Shown here: piece by piece, positions 1-9,101 of the stretch | How the letters are laid out: every line of letters begins with the position of its first letter | How positions within the stretch are numbered: the stretch's first letter is position 1 | Assembly: GCA_963745075.1 (NCBI GenBank) | Contig: CAVUWV010000010.1 | Location: 224,001-288,000, forward strand | DNA from: Candidatus Hydrogenedentota bacterium | GTDB lineage: Bacteria > Hydrogenedentota > Hydrogenedentia > Hydrogenedentales > SLHB01 | Length of the DNA: 64,000 nucleotides | Direction of reading: 5' to 3' | Made by a program: the position numbers and the translations under genes | Notes under the pieces: generated by a model | What the model was told of the DNA's origin: nothing | Seen by the model: the letters and a program-made list of their open reading frames with translations, nothing else | Databases searched by the model: none

Positions 1-311
1 ACGCGTTGCTGCCGGTTGCCCTCGAGATGGGGGTCAGTTTCGGGATTATCAGTTACGACCAACGACTCTTCGTTTCCGTCATCGGCGATGGGCGGGCCAT
101 TTCCGATCCCGCGCTGTTGTTGGACGGGTTCATGGAGAGTTTTGTGGAATTGCGGGAGGCGGCCGAGATCGACGGGCATTCTACCGTGCGATTCACCAAA
201 CGCGCCTCTCGCCCGGTGGCCGCGCGGAAGGCCGTCGCGCGGCGGTACGCAACGTCCTCACGAAAGCCGGCCACGCGCAAGCGGCGTTCGCGCGCAAAGA
301 AGATCGAGTGA
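1..311 (+). CDS. C-terminus of wax ester synthase/diacylglycerol acyltransferase (WS/DGAT)-like protein, 5' part outside window
   Basis: LPVALEMGVSFGIISYDQRLFVSVIGD...DPALLLDGFMESFVEL resembles the WS/DGAT C-terminal domain; followed by an Arg/Lys-rich tail. Confidence 0.65.
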   Translation, partial: ALLPVALEMGVSFGIISYDQRLFVSVIGDGRAISDPALLLDGFMESFVELREAAEIDGHSTVRFTKRASRPVAARKAVARRYATSSRKPATRKRRSRAKKIE

Positions 312-317
312 CGCCGT

Positions 318-1322
318 TTACCCGTCAGCGCTCAGTATTGTTGCGAGCGCCTTGCCGACTTGTTCATGACCTTCCGCCGTCAAGTGCACGCCGTCAACGT
401 AAAAGCCCGAGCCAATGGAGATTTGACCTGCAAGGTTGCGCACCGGAATGTCCCGTTTCCGCAATTGCTCTTCGATCGCTCCGATTCTATCCGCGTCAGG
501 CGTCCCCGGCGCCGTTGGCAAGAGCACAACCTGAAAACGATCCGAACCGACGGACTGAACCAGCTCGTTCACCGAGTCCAGATTCACTGTGAGCGCGTCG
601 CCTTTGTCGATATCAGCGGCCACCGGAACCGCAGCAGGCCCGGCACGGAGCCACGTGCAGCCGAGGCGTTCGGAAGCGAAATAACGGGCCAAGGAGAAAG
701 CCGCGAGCACGGCGCTCTGCGGAACCCGCTGCGGAAACGCGATTCCGCTTCCGGTGAGCTGCACGACAGGAGGACGCGTGAAATCCCGGGGAATCGCGAA
801 GACGACCACGCGGTCTGAATCGAGCGGGGCGAGGTGGTGACGATACAGTTTCACCATTTGCGTCACCGAATACCCGTTGATGCCGCAGTTGATCACTTCC
901 GTGTGGGGGAGCGACGCTTCGGCTACGGACGTGAAGAGATTCTCCTGCATCTCGCGAATTCCCCCCCACGTCACGGAATCGCCCAGGACCAGCACGCGCT
1001 TCGTCTCGGGCGCGCGGGTCGCGAAACTGCGGGAATCGCGTACGCCCCAGTGATTGATGACGATCGTATTGCCGAGATAATTGACCTGTTGATCGGGCTT
1101 CAGGCGGTAGCCCGCGTTCGCGTCGGCTTCATACAATACGGGATGCGTTAAGCCGAGAAAACGGAGAAGCACTTCGAGGATGACGAGGGTAATTGCCAGG
1201 ATAATCAAGCACTCGGTGAATCGTTTTAGCCACGACACGCGCGTCGGTCGTTCGGGCGGGGTACTGTCCGGACCAGTTACGACCGGTACCGAATTGCCCG
1301 TGTCGCCCCCGGAGTTCGTCAC
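318..1322 (-). CDS. Membrane-anchored SGNH/GDSL hydrolase family protein
   Basis: N-terminal TM helix; block I LVLGDSVTWG, block II NCGINGYS, block V DGVHLT; overlaps the upstream gene by 4 nt. Confidence 0.85.
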   Translation of the reverse strand: MTNSGGDTGNSVPVVTGPDSTPPERPTRVSWLKRFTECLIILAITLVILEVLLRFLGLTHPVLYEADANAGYRLKPDQQVNYLGNTIVINHWGVRDSRSFATRAPETKRVLVLGDSVTWGGIREMQENLFTSVAEASLPHTEVINCGINGYSVTQMVKLYRHHLAPLDSDRVVVFAIPRDFTRPPVVQLTGSGIAFPQRVPQSAVLAAFSLARYFASERLGCTWLRAGPAAVPVAADIDKGDALTVNLDSVNELVQSVGSDRFQVVLLPTAPGTPDADRIGAIEEQLRKRDIPVRNLAGQISIGSGFYVDGVHLTAEGHEQVGKALATILSADG

Positions 1323-2266
1323 GATGACGCCGGCGCCTCCTGCTCGCGCCAGTATTCCAGCAATTCCCCCAACATTTCATCGAACGCACGGTGCGGTTGC
1401 CATCCCACGCCCGTGGAGATCCGCTCACGCGATCCCCGCACTTCCGGGATGTCCACACGTCGCACACGGTCCTTTTCGACATCGACCGTAAACGAAGTTT
1501 TCGCCCGGTCCCGGAGATGGTCGAGCGCTTCGCGAACGGTCCACGCTCTGCCCGAACAGACGTTGTAAACCTGCCCTGCCTCGCCTTTCAAGGCGACCTG
1601 TTCGTAGGCCTCCACGACATCGCGTACGTGCAGAAAATCCCGGGCCGCATCCAAATTTCCGACGCGCAGTACCGGCGCTTCGAGACCGGCCTCGAATCGT
1701 GCGATCTGCCGGGCGAAGTTCGACAACACAAATTGTGGTGACTGCGACGGACCCGAGTGATTGAACGGACGTAGCCGAATGGTATCCATCGCGTAATTGC
1801 GGTAAAGGTATTCACAATACGTGTCCGCAGCCGCCTTGGATATTGCATACGGTTCATTCGGTTGCAACGGATGTTCCTCGGTGATGGGGAGTTCGCGCGG
1901 TATCCCGTACACCGCCGCACTTCCCACGTAAAGAAACCGCGCATCGGGCGCATACCGCCGCACCGCTTCGGTAAGCCGAATCGTGCCGTTCAGGTTGATG
2001 TCCATCGTGTGGGTCGGATCGGATTGGGAGAGAGGAATGAACGTCACCGCCGCAAGATGAAAGACGTGGCTGACCGGACCCGCCCACTGTACCAAGGCGT
2101 CCACCTGCGCCGCATCGGTTATGTCACAGGGGAAAACCGCATCGCTCGGGGCCATGGGAGGGAGGACGCTACCACGAACCTGCCATCCCCGTGACTTCAG
2201 ATAACTGACGAGGAAATCGCCGACGAATCCATTTGCGCCTGTGACCAGAGCCGTATTCGACATCAC
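1319..2266 (-). CDS. rmd: GDP-4-keto-6-deoxy-D-mannose reductase (Rmd)-like extended SDR
   Basis: ALVTGANGFVG, HLAAVTF, YAISK, RPFNHSGPSQ, VGNLDAARDFLHVRDVV typical of Rmd/GMD-like SDRs. Confidence 0.75.
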   Translation of the reverse strand: MMSNTALVTGANGFVGDFLVSYLKSRGWQVRGSVLPPMAPSDAVFPCDITDAAQVDALVQWAGPVSHVFHLAAVTFIPLSQSDPTHTMDINLNGTIRLTEAVRRYAPDARFLYVGSAAVYGIPRELPITEEHPLQPNEPYAISKAAADTYCEYLYRNYAMDTIRLRPFNHSGPSQSPQFVLSNFARQIARFEAGLEAPVLRVGNLDAARDFLHVRDVVEAYEQVALKGEAGQVYNVCSGRAWTVREALDHLRDRAKTSFTVDVEKDRVRRVDIPEVRGSRERISTGVGWQPHRAFDEMLGELLEYWREQEAPASS

Positions 2267-2272
2267 AAGATC

Positions 2273-3580
2273 TTACACGCTGGGCCGGCCGATACTGAAA
2301 TACCGGAACCCCAATTCGCCCAACACGGCGGCCGTATACAAATTGCGCCCGTCGAAGATCACCTTCTCCCGCATGAGTGACGCCATCCGTTCGTAGTCCG
2401 GCCGCCGGAATTCGTTCCATTCTGTCGTGATCGCAAGACCGTCGGCGTCTTGGAGCGCCGTATAGTTTTTCGGGACGATCGTGATTCGGTCGCCGTACAT
2501 CTTCGCCAGATTTCGATCGGCAACGGGATCGTATACGACCGTTTCCGCGCCCGCGTCGAGCAGGGCATCGATGACGCGCAGCGCTGGGCCTTCGCGCAGG
2601 TCGTCCGTCTTCGGTTTGAAACTCGCCCCCCAGACCGCGATGCGTTTGCCTTTGATGCGGTCGCCGTAGAAGTCCAGGATGGTTTGAATGAATCGTGTTT
2701 GCTGATCGCGATTGACCGATGTAACCGCATCCATGATGTGCGTTTTCAATCCTGCCTTTTCGCCCAGCTTCGAACAGGCGATGACATCCTTCGGCAGACA
2801 GGAACCGCCGTAGCCGATGCCGGGAAACAGGTAGGCTGGCCCGATACGCGAGTCGGCGGCCAACCCTTCCCGCACCTCGCTCACGTCCGCTCCGTACGCG
2901 GCACACAAGGTGGCGACTTCATTCATGAAGGAAATGCGCGTGGCCAGCATGGCGTTGACCGCATATTTCGCCATCTCGGCGCTCCGAATGGTCATCATCA
3001 GGAGCGGTTTGCCAGTGCGCAGGAAGGGCCCGTACAGCTCCTTCATGATTTCCTCGACGCGCACGTCTTCGCACCCGATGATAATCCGGTCCGGCCGCAT
3101 AAAGTCGTCGACCGCCGATCCTTGGCGCAGAAACTCGGGATTGGCCACCACGTCGAAAGGCTGCTTCGTGACCCCGTGCAGGCGATCCCGGATTGCCTCG
3201 GTGCTGCCGACGGGACACGTGCTTTTGTTCACGACGATGCGATAGCCGGTCATGGCGCGACCGATGGCGTCGACTACGTGAAACACTTCCGACGTGTCTG
3301 CGTTCCCGTCCGGCAGGCCGGGTGTACCCACGCAGATAAAGACGAGGAGCACGTCGCGCACGGCTTCATCCAGGTCCGTCGTGAACCGCAAGCGTTCTTC
3401 TTCCATATTGCGGACGACCAGCTCTTCCAGCCCCGGCTCGTAGAAAGGCAATTCGCCGTTCTGCAATTGAGCGATCTTTGCGGCGTCCACATCCAGGCAC
3501 GTCACATAGTGACCGGTCTCCGCAAGACCGGTTCCCACTACGAGACCCACATGGCCCGTTCCGGCAACCGCGATCTTCAC
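2273..3580 (-). CDS. ugd: UDP-glucose/GDP-mannose 6-dehydrogenase family protein
   Basis: MKIAVAGTGHVGL, FICVGTP, NKSTCPVG, NPEFLRQG, GYGGSCLPKD (catalytic Cys), FKPKTDDLR, IFDGRN. Confidence 0.92.
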   Translation of the reverse strand: MKIAVAGTGHVGLVVGTGLAETGHYVTCLDVDAAKIAQLQNGELPFYEPGLEELVVRNMEEERLRFTTDLDEAVRDVLLVFICVGTPGLPDGNADTSEVFHVVDAIGRAMTGYRIVVNKSTCPVGSTEAIRDRLHGVTKQPFDVVANPEFLRQGSAVDDFMRPDRIIIGCEDVRVEEIMKELYGPFLRTGKPLLMMTIRSAEMAKYAVNAMLATRISFMNEVATLCAAYGADVSEVREGLAADSRIGPAYLFPGIGYGGSCLPKDVIACSKLGEKAGLKTHIMDAVTSVNRDQQTRFIQTILDFYGDRIKGKRIAVWGASFKPKTDDLREGPALRVIDALLDAGAETVVYDPVADRNLAKMYGDRITIVPKNYTALQDADGLAITTEWNEFRRPDYERMASLMREKVIFDGRNLYTAAVLGELGFRYFSIGRPSV

Positions 3581-6500
3581 TCGTTGTCGCCTCCCAGGTA
3601 GCCCAGAGCGCCCAATTCTTCTTCCAATGCGGAGGAATCCTTCACGACCTGCGGTTCCACCGCGTTCTCCAACGCCGACTCGTGCATCTGATCCATCAAC
3701 CCCGACATCTCCGTCTCGAGTGCGGGGTTCCGGCCGGCCAGGTTGTCCATCTCGCCGGGGTCGGCCACCATGTCGTAGAGTTCAACGGGCGCCAACCCCC
3801 GCTTGTTGCCCTCGTTCGCGGTGATCAACTTCGAGTCCATGGTCCGCACCGCGTGCGCCACGGTGCCTTCGAAATCCAGATGGCAATAGGTGATGCGTCC
3901 GTCGGTATTCGCCGCAGACTTGTTGTCGGGGAGGAACAAGGTTTTCCCTTGCATGTTCGGGGCCGGCTGGAGACCCGCGAACTGGAGCAGCGTGGGGGCA
4001 ATGTCGACGTGCCGCGTCATGTTGACGTTCGTCTGGTCGGCCAACTGGTTCTGCGGCAACTTAATGATGAGCGGAATCTCGATCTGCTCGTCATAGAGCG
4101 TCATGCCGTGGAACCAACCACCGTGCTCGCTGAACTCTTCCCCGTGATCCGCAGTGAATACGATGACAGAGTCTTCGTACAACCCCCGATCTTTCAATCC
4201 GTGGATTAATTCACCGATGTAGCGGTCGAGGTGTTCGATTTCCCCGTTGTACACGCGTTCGAAAAGTTTCCGGTACTCCGTGGGATCCAGGTTTGTTCCC
4301 AACCGTACCCGCGCATAGCCCACACCGGGATGCTCGTAATCCATGTAGGGATCGTGGGGGTCCATATAGTGAAGGAACAGCAGGAACGGCGCGTCCTTCG
4401 GCCGGTTTTCGCTGTCTAGCCAATTCAGTCCATGTTCGGTCACGACTTCCGCGGGCTGGTAGAAGTCATGCACGTTGAGCCGGCCTTTTCGAATTCTTCC
4501 GTCGATCTTCTCGTAGACTTGTCGAAGCACTTTGTAAAGCACCATCTTTTCCGCGGACTGATTTGCGCCGAACAGGTAGTCGGGCCGTAGATACTGGTAC
4601 TCCACAAACCCCTGGCCGTAGTTATAGGTTTCGGCGATGTTGGGATTGTTCGCAAACCCCTCCGTATAATATCCGCCGTCGTGCAGTACCTCCGGGAACG
4701 TCGTGACCTCATCCGGCAAGATGGAGTCTTTCTGAATGGCTCCGTGGGCTTCCGGATACATGCCCGAGAAGATCGTCGCAAACGACGGCTTGGTCCACGA
4801 ACTCTGGGCGAACGTGTGCCGATACATGACCGAGTCCGCCCGCAGTGCGTCGATGTTCGGCGTGTTCGCGGCGGCGGCCTCGTTGTAATCCTTGAGATAG
4901 TCGGCGCGGAGCGTGTCCACGGCGATGAGGATGATGTTGGGTCCCGTGACCCCCTCTTTCGCCTGGAACGATGTTGCTTTCGCGGCGGGTGCATTCACAT
5001 TGGACATAACCACACCAACAACCACGATGCAGATGTATCCGACGATACCCATGCCGACCGCGCGACCCCGCTTCTTTCCGGCAACCGCCATGGCGAACGT
5101 TCCTACTGCGGTTCCGACAATCACGAGAAGGCCCGCGACAGCAAGAAGCACGAGGTTCTCATTGATGGACAGCGCATGTTCGCCCAAGATGTCCTGCGAA
5201 TACCGGAAGCGCCCGATGATGAGTAGTCCTGTGGCCAGCGTGCCGCCGAGGCTCACCCCAAAGACAAGTGCCCGCGACAGGAACCGGTCCACAAGCAACG
5301 ACAAAAAGGCCAGCCCACCGGCAATTCCCAAACCGACCGCGACGAAGACGATTCCGTAGACCAGGGGTCCCCACCAATACGCAACCACCTCACTCAGCCC
5401 CGCCTGGCGGCTGACGAGCCAACATCCTTCCGCCAACCCCACCAGCGCACCGCCAATCAGTCCCGCGCATACACCGCCGATGACGTAATCGACCAGCTTG
5501 TTCCGGTAGTCCGCGGTGGCCTCGGGGCTCAAGTGAACGCCTTCGATCCCCTGCGACGCCGCACGCGCTTCCGCAAGTCGCTCTTGCACCTGTTCCTTCG
5601 TGGGTTTCCGGTGGAAGGGGAACAGGATCGCGCCAATCACAAAAGGCACCAATTCGCCGACCCACCAGCCTAGGTGCGCGAACGTTGCAGTCGCGGCCGC
5701 GCTGCTCTTCCCGCTCAACAGGGTGACGAATACGATTTCACGGATGCCTTCGCCTCCGATAGAGGGTCCGAGCACGGTGCCGTAAATCATCAGTGGGCTC
5801 GCAAAGAGGATATCGGCCAAACCCGTATTCGACGCGCGGATTGCCATCATCGTGCCGAAATACATAAAGCACGTGGCCAGGTGAACGCCCAGTCCAAAGA
5901 CGACCGCCAGCATCAAGATCTTCCGGTTCCCGCTGTACGCCGTGATCGCCGCGCCGAGTTTGTCGAACTTGGTGCGGATCGACGGCGGCGTAGGAAACAC
6001 AGCAACCAGCACCTGCAAAATACGGGGATTCAACAGCGTGACAAACGCAATCGTTACGAACCCCGCCAGACCGGCAAGAGTCACGATCAACACGGGAGTC
6101 TTAATATTGAGAAGGGTGTAGCCGAGCGGAAATGTCAGGAATACCAGAAACGTCAGGGCTACGAATCCGATCAGCTTCTCTACTGCAATTACGGTGGTGC
6201 ATTTGATTACCTCGCCGGTGTATCGCGACGAGTCGATGAGCCGCCATCCATCAAGACCGATCGTGCCCGGGAGGAAGATACCGATTGTGCGCCCAATGAA
6301 CCAACTGCGCACCATGTACCAAAAAGGAATCTTCAGCCCTTGTCCGTAAAGCAAAAGCCGCCAGCGAATAATCCCACAGAGCAACCCGCAGAGTTTGATG
6401 AGCACTGCGAAGGTCAGCCAGAAGACGATGTTATGGGTTTCCGCCTCGCGAAGTTCACGAAGCATATCGGAGGGCTTGACACCGCCGAATTGATTTGGAT

Positions 6501-6591
6501 CGAGCCCGAACTTCTGGGGGTAGAAAAGAAGGACAAAGAGCCCGACTGTCACACAAATCTTTACAAGGAAAAGAATTACACGCTTAACCAT
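3577..6591 (-). CDS. Fusion of lysylphosphatidylglycerol-synthase-TM (flippase-like, UPF0104) domain, extra TM bundle and alkaline-phosphatase-superfamily (sulfatase-like) domain
   Basis: N-term RWRLLL..FLPGTIGLDGWR..EKLIG..PSIGGEGIRE; C-term PNIILIAVDTLRAD, SSWTKPS, HYMDPHDPY, TADHGEEF, HG, IPLII. Confidence 0.85.
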   Translation of the reverse strand: MVKRVILFLVKICVTVGLFVLLFYPQKFGLDPNQFGGVKPSDMLRELREAETHNIVFWLTFAVLIKLCGLLCGIIRWRLLLYGQGLKIPFWYMVRSWFIGRTIGIFLPGTIGLDGWRLIDSSRYTGEVIKCTTVIAVEKLIGFVALTFLVFLTFPLGYTLLNIKTPVLIVTLAGLAGFVTIAFVTLLNPRILQVLVAVFPTPPSIRTKFDKLGAAITAYSGNRKILMLAVVFGLGVHLATCFMYFGTMMAIRASNTGLADILFASPLMIYGTVLGPSIGGEGIREIVFVTLLSGKSSAAATATFAHLGWWVGELVPFVIGAILFPFHRKPTKEQVQERLAEARAASQGIEGVHLSPEATADYRNKLVDYVIGGVCAGLIGGALVGLAEGCWLVSRQAGLSEVVAYWWGPLVYGIVFVAVGLGIAGGLAFLSLLVDRFLSRALVFGVSLGGTLATGLLIIGRFRYSQDILGEHALSINENLVLLAVAGLLVIVGTAVGTFAMAVAGKKRGRAVGMGIVGYICIVVVGVVMSNVNAPAAKATSFQAKEGVTGPNIILIAVDTLRADYLKDYNEAAAANTPNIDALRADSVMYRHTFAQSSWTKPSFATIFSGMYPEAHGAIQKDSILPDEVTTFPEVLHDGGYYTEGFANNPNIAETYNYGQGFVEYQYLRPDYLFGANQSAEKMVLYKVLRQVYEKIDGRIRKGRLNVHDFYQPAEVVTEHGLNWLDSENRPKDAPFLLFLHYMDPHDPYMDYEHPGVGYARVRLGTNLDPTEYRKLFERVYNGEIEHLDRYIGELIHGLKDRGLYEDSVIVFTADHGEEFSEHGGWFHGMTLYDEQIEIPLIIKLPQNQLADQTNVNMTRHVDIAPTLLQFAGLQPAPNMQGKTLFLPDNKSAANTDGRITYCHLDFEGTVAHAVRTMDSKLITANEGNKRGLAPVELYDMVADPGEMDNLAGRNPALETEMSGLMDQMHESALENAVEPQVVKDSSALEEELGALGYLGGDNE

Positions 6592-6961
6592 GTTGGGGTG
6601 TACCAAATCCTGATGGTTGTTACTGCGAAGCAGCCCGTTGTTGACACCGCTGTCCCGTGGGAACGCCGAAGTCTACCACGCCCCGGATTTGGGTGCAACC
6701 GCCCATGGCACCGAGAGTTAGTCGCCGTAGCACACGTTACGGAATTCGACAACCTTCTTCATCGGACGCGATCTCGTGCGCGTACTCGACGAGCGTTCAA
6801 TTTCTTCGCCGCGGAGAAGATGACACGTTTCGATTTCCTAAGACAGCACGTTCGTCCAGCGCACGCCTGTTCGAGAACGAGTACGACTACGAGCACGAGA
6901 TCGCGTACGCGCAGCCCGAACGTGTGGCCACGCGATATAAGGAGTCTGACTTGCCCAGCCC

Positions 6962-8173
6962 CTACATCTGTCCGAGCATGCGCCGCCGGTTCAGCGGCTG
7001 TATCTCCGTGGCGATCCATTCGCGCATGGCCTGGCCCCGGTCGGTCTGCTGCGGATAGGAAATGAAATCGAGCGTTACGCTCAGTTTCTCCGCGGCCCGC
7101 CGTGCCATGATTGGCCAGACCGCCCCAATATCGCCCACCACCGCGACGCTCCCCTCCAGCCGCGCGAAACCAGACATCTCCATCCGGAACGGCACCTTGA
7201 ACAGCTTGGTCTTCGGCAAGCCCTTGTCGATGGCTTCCTGCACCGCCGCCCCGTCGCGTTCCGCCTGCCAGACCATCTCGAGCGCCGGGTCCAGATCGAT
7301 TCGGATAAGGCTTTTCCCTGCGAGCGAATAGGACTCGTGTCCCATCCACTTGCTCCACAAGCCGTGCCCCGTATACGTTTCAAAAGGACCGTCATGAATT
7401 TCCTGCGTCAGCGCTACGGCGGATTCGATGATTACGTCCGCGCCGTCTAACATTGCAGCCAGCCGCGAAGCCCGCTCGGTTAACGAGATGCTGTCTCCAA
7501 CGGCCAGCCCGACAAGGCCCCCACCCACCAGTTGGGGAATGGTCACAAGCACGGGCAGCCCTTTTGCCGCGCCCACGCCGATCATCGTCCGGAGATCGGC
7601 GCCTCTCCCGGCCGTTTCCTCGAAGGATACGCCCCGGCTTCGGGCAAGCTGCATGATCTCCAGCGACAGTTTTTCCAAGTAGAGTCCCATGGGATAGCCG
7701 AGGTTTCCCGCAGCCTTGATAATGGTGTCGCCCGGAGTTGACTGGAGCTTCTCGATCAACTCGAGATCAATCGGCATGTCGCGCGCGAGTTCCGCCAGTG
7801 TTGCGTCGTGTAGAACGGTCAGTTCGAAGGCGTTTCCTTTCGGCAGAAAGCTTGAATCCAGACCCAGTTTGCGCCCGTCGACCCGTTTGACTTTGTCCAG
7901 TACCCCGCCCATCTCGTGAGCGATAACGGCGGAACTGGTCGTCACGCCGTCTACGACGCCCACACGCATCAGTTCCGCCAACAGGGTGGTGATGCCCTCG
8001 TGAACGTTGGGGCCACTCCCCGTGACCACCACTACATGCCTGCCGCGTTCCTTCGCGGAAACGATGCGCTCGACCGCGGTGTCGATACGGTCCATCGTCG
8101 ACGGGTCGATTTCTTTTTCGAGTTCTTTGACTGCGTCCAGGTCGATCACGAATTGAGATTTCATCATGCTCAC
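6962..8173 (-). CDS. Conserved hypothetical protein, deoxyhypusine-synthase-like NAD-binding fold
   Basis: 403-aa ORF with host-like codon usage, 3 nt downstream of kdsB; VVVVTGSGPNVHEG..LAELMRVGVVDGVTTSSAVIAHE and terminal VVGDIGAVWP recall the DHS-like fold (inference). Confidence 0.55.
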   Translation of the reverse strand: MSMMKSQFVIDLDAVKELEKEIDPSTMDRIDTAVERIVSAKERGRHVVVVTGSGPNVHEGITTLLAELMRVGVVDGVTTSSAVIAHEMGGVLDKVKRVDGRKLGLDSSFLPKGNAFELTVLHDATLAELARDMPIDLELIEKLQSTPGDTIIKAAGNLGYPMGLYLEKLSLEIMQLARSRGVSFEETAGRGADLRTMIGVGAAKGLPVLVTIPQLVGGGLVGLAVGDSISLTERASRLAAMLDGADVIIESAVALTQEIHDGPFETYTGHGLWSKWMGHESYSLAGKSLIRIDLDPALEMVWQAERDGAAVQEAIDKGLPKTKLFKVPFRMEMSGFARLEGSVAVVGDIGAVWPIMARRAAEKLSVTLDFISYPQQTDRGQAMREWIATEIQPLNRRRMLGQM

Positions 8174-8176
8174 TTC

Positions 8177-8935
8177 CTATTCCAGGCCCCGTTCTTTAAG
8201 CAGCATTTCTGCCTTCTTGATGTCTTCTGCGGTATCCACACTGAAGCCACTGAATGCGTGATCGCTGCATTTCGACTCCACCACACGCAGCCGGTAGCCG
8301 TGTTCCAGCACGCGAAGCTGCTCCAACGACTCAATCTGTTCCAACGGCGTCGGCGGTAGTTTCGCGAGTACTTCCAGGAAATCCCGGCGGTACACATACA
8401 GGCCGACATGCTCGTACACGTTATGAGGAAAATCCTCCCTCGGGTATGGGATCAGGGAGCGGGAGAAGTACAACGCATCGCCGTTGAGCGCGACCGCCGT
8501 CTTCACAACGCCCGGATCCTCTAAATCCTCTTCCTTGGCGATCGGATGCATCAGCGTCGCCATGGGGAGATCGGGATCGTCCAGCAGGGGCGCCACCGCT
8601 TCGTCGATCATGACGGGGTCAATGAAGGGCTGGTCCCCCTGAATGTTGACCACGATGTCGAATTCCAGCGTCCGAGCCGCCTCCGCCACCCGGTCGGTTC
8701 CACTGGCATGATCCGGGGCCGTCATGATGGCATTTCCGCCGAATGCTTTAACCGCATCGACGATCCGTCCATCATCAGTCGCGATGAAGACAAGATCCAG
8801 CACGGAAGCGGCGCAAACGCGTTCATAGACGCGCTGAATCATGAACTTTCCGAGGATCGGCGCCAACGCCTTACCCGGTAACCGGGTCGAGCCGTAACGT
8901 GCCGGGATGATTCCCCCAACCTTAACCTTCGACAA
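8177..8935 (-). CDS. kdsB: 3-deoxy-manno-octulosonate cytidylyltransferase (CMP-Kdo synthetase)-like
   Basis: IIPARYGSTRLPGKAL, SGTDRVAE, VNIQGDQP, ALYFSRSLIPY, HVGLYVYR, ESLEQLRVLEHG, SVDT. Confidence 0.92.
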   Translation of the reverse strand: MSKVKVGGIIPARYGSTRLPGKALAPILGKFMIQRVYERVCAASVLDLVFIATDDGRIVDAVKAFGGNAIMTAPDHASGTDRVAEAARTLEFDIVVNIQGDQPFIDPVMIDEAVAPLLDDPDLPMATLMHPIAKEEDLEDPGVVKTAVALNGDALYFSRSLIPYPREDFPHNVYEHVGLYVYRRDFLEVLAKLPPTPLEQIESLEQLRVLEHGYRLRVVESKCSDHAFSGFSVDTAEDIKKAEMLLKERGLE

Positions 8936-9033
8936 TCGTCCCCCTTTCCAATAGATCCGGCCCGGAATGCGTTCTTTGTCCTCAGTATTCGCGACTTGGC
9001 GTCACAATTCAAGTGCAACGCTCGGCTCCGCGG

Positions 9034-9063
9034 TTGACACGTACGCCGATCCAACGGTAGATT
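9034..9063 (+). promoter_or_regulatory. Putative sigma70 promoter of the sulfotransferase gene
   Basis: TTGACA-18 nt-TAGATT, about 40 nt upstream of GGAG RBS and ATG 9102. Confidence 0.45.
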
Positions 9064-9101
9064 CTGCCCAATCAATTCATCAGGTGGGAGGGAGTCGTAG
9101 T

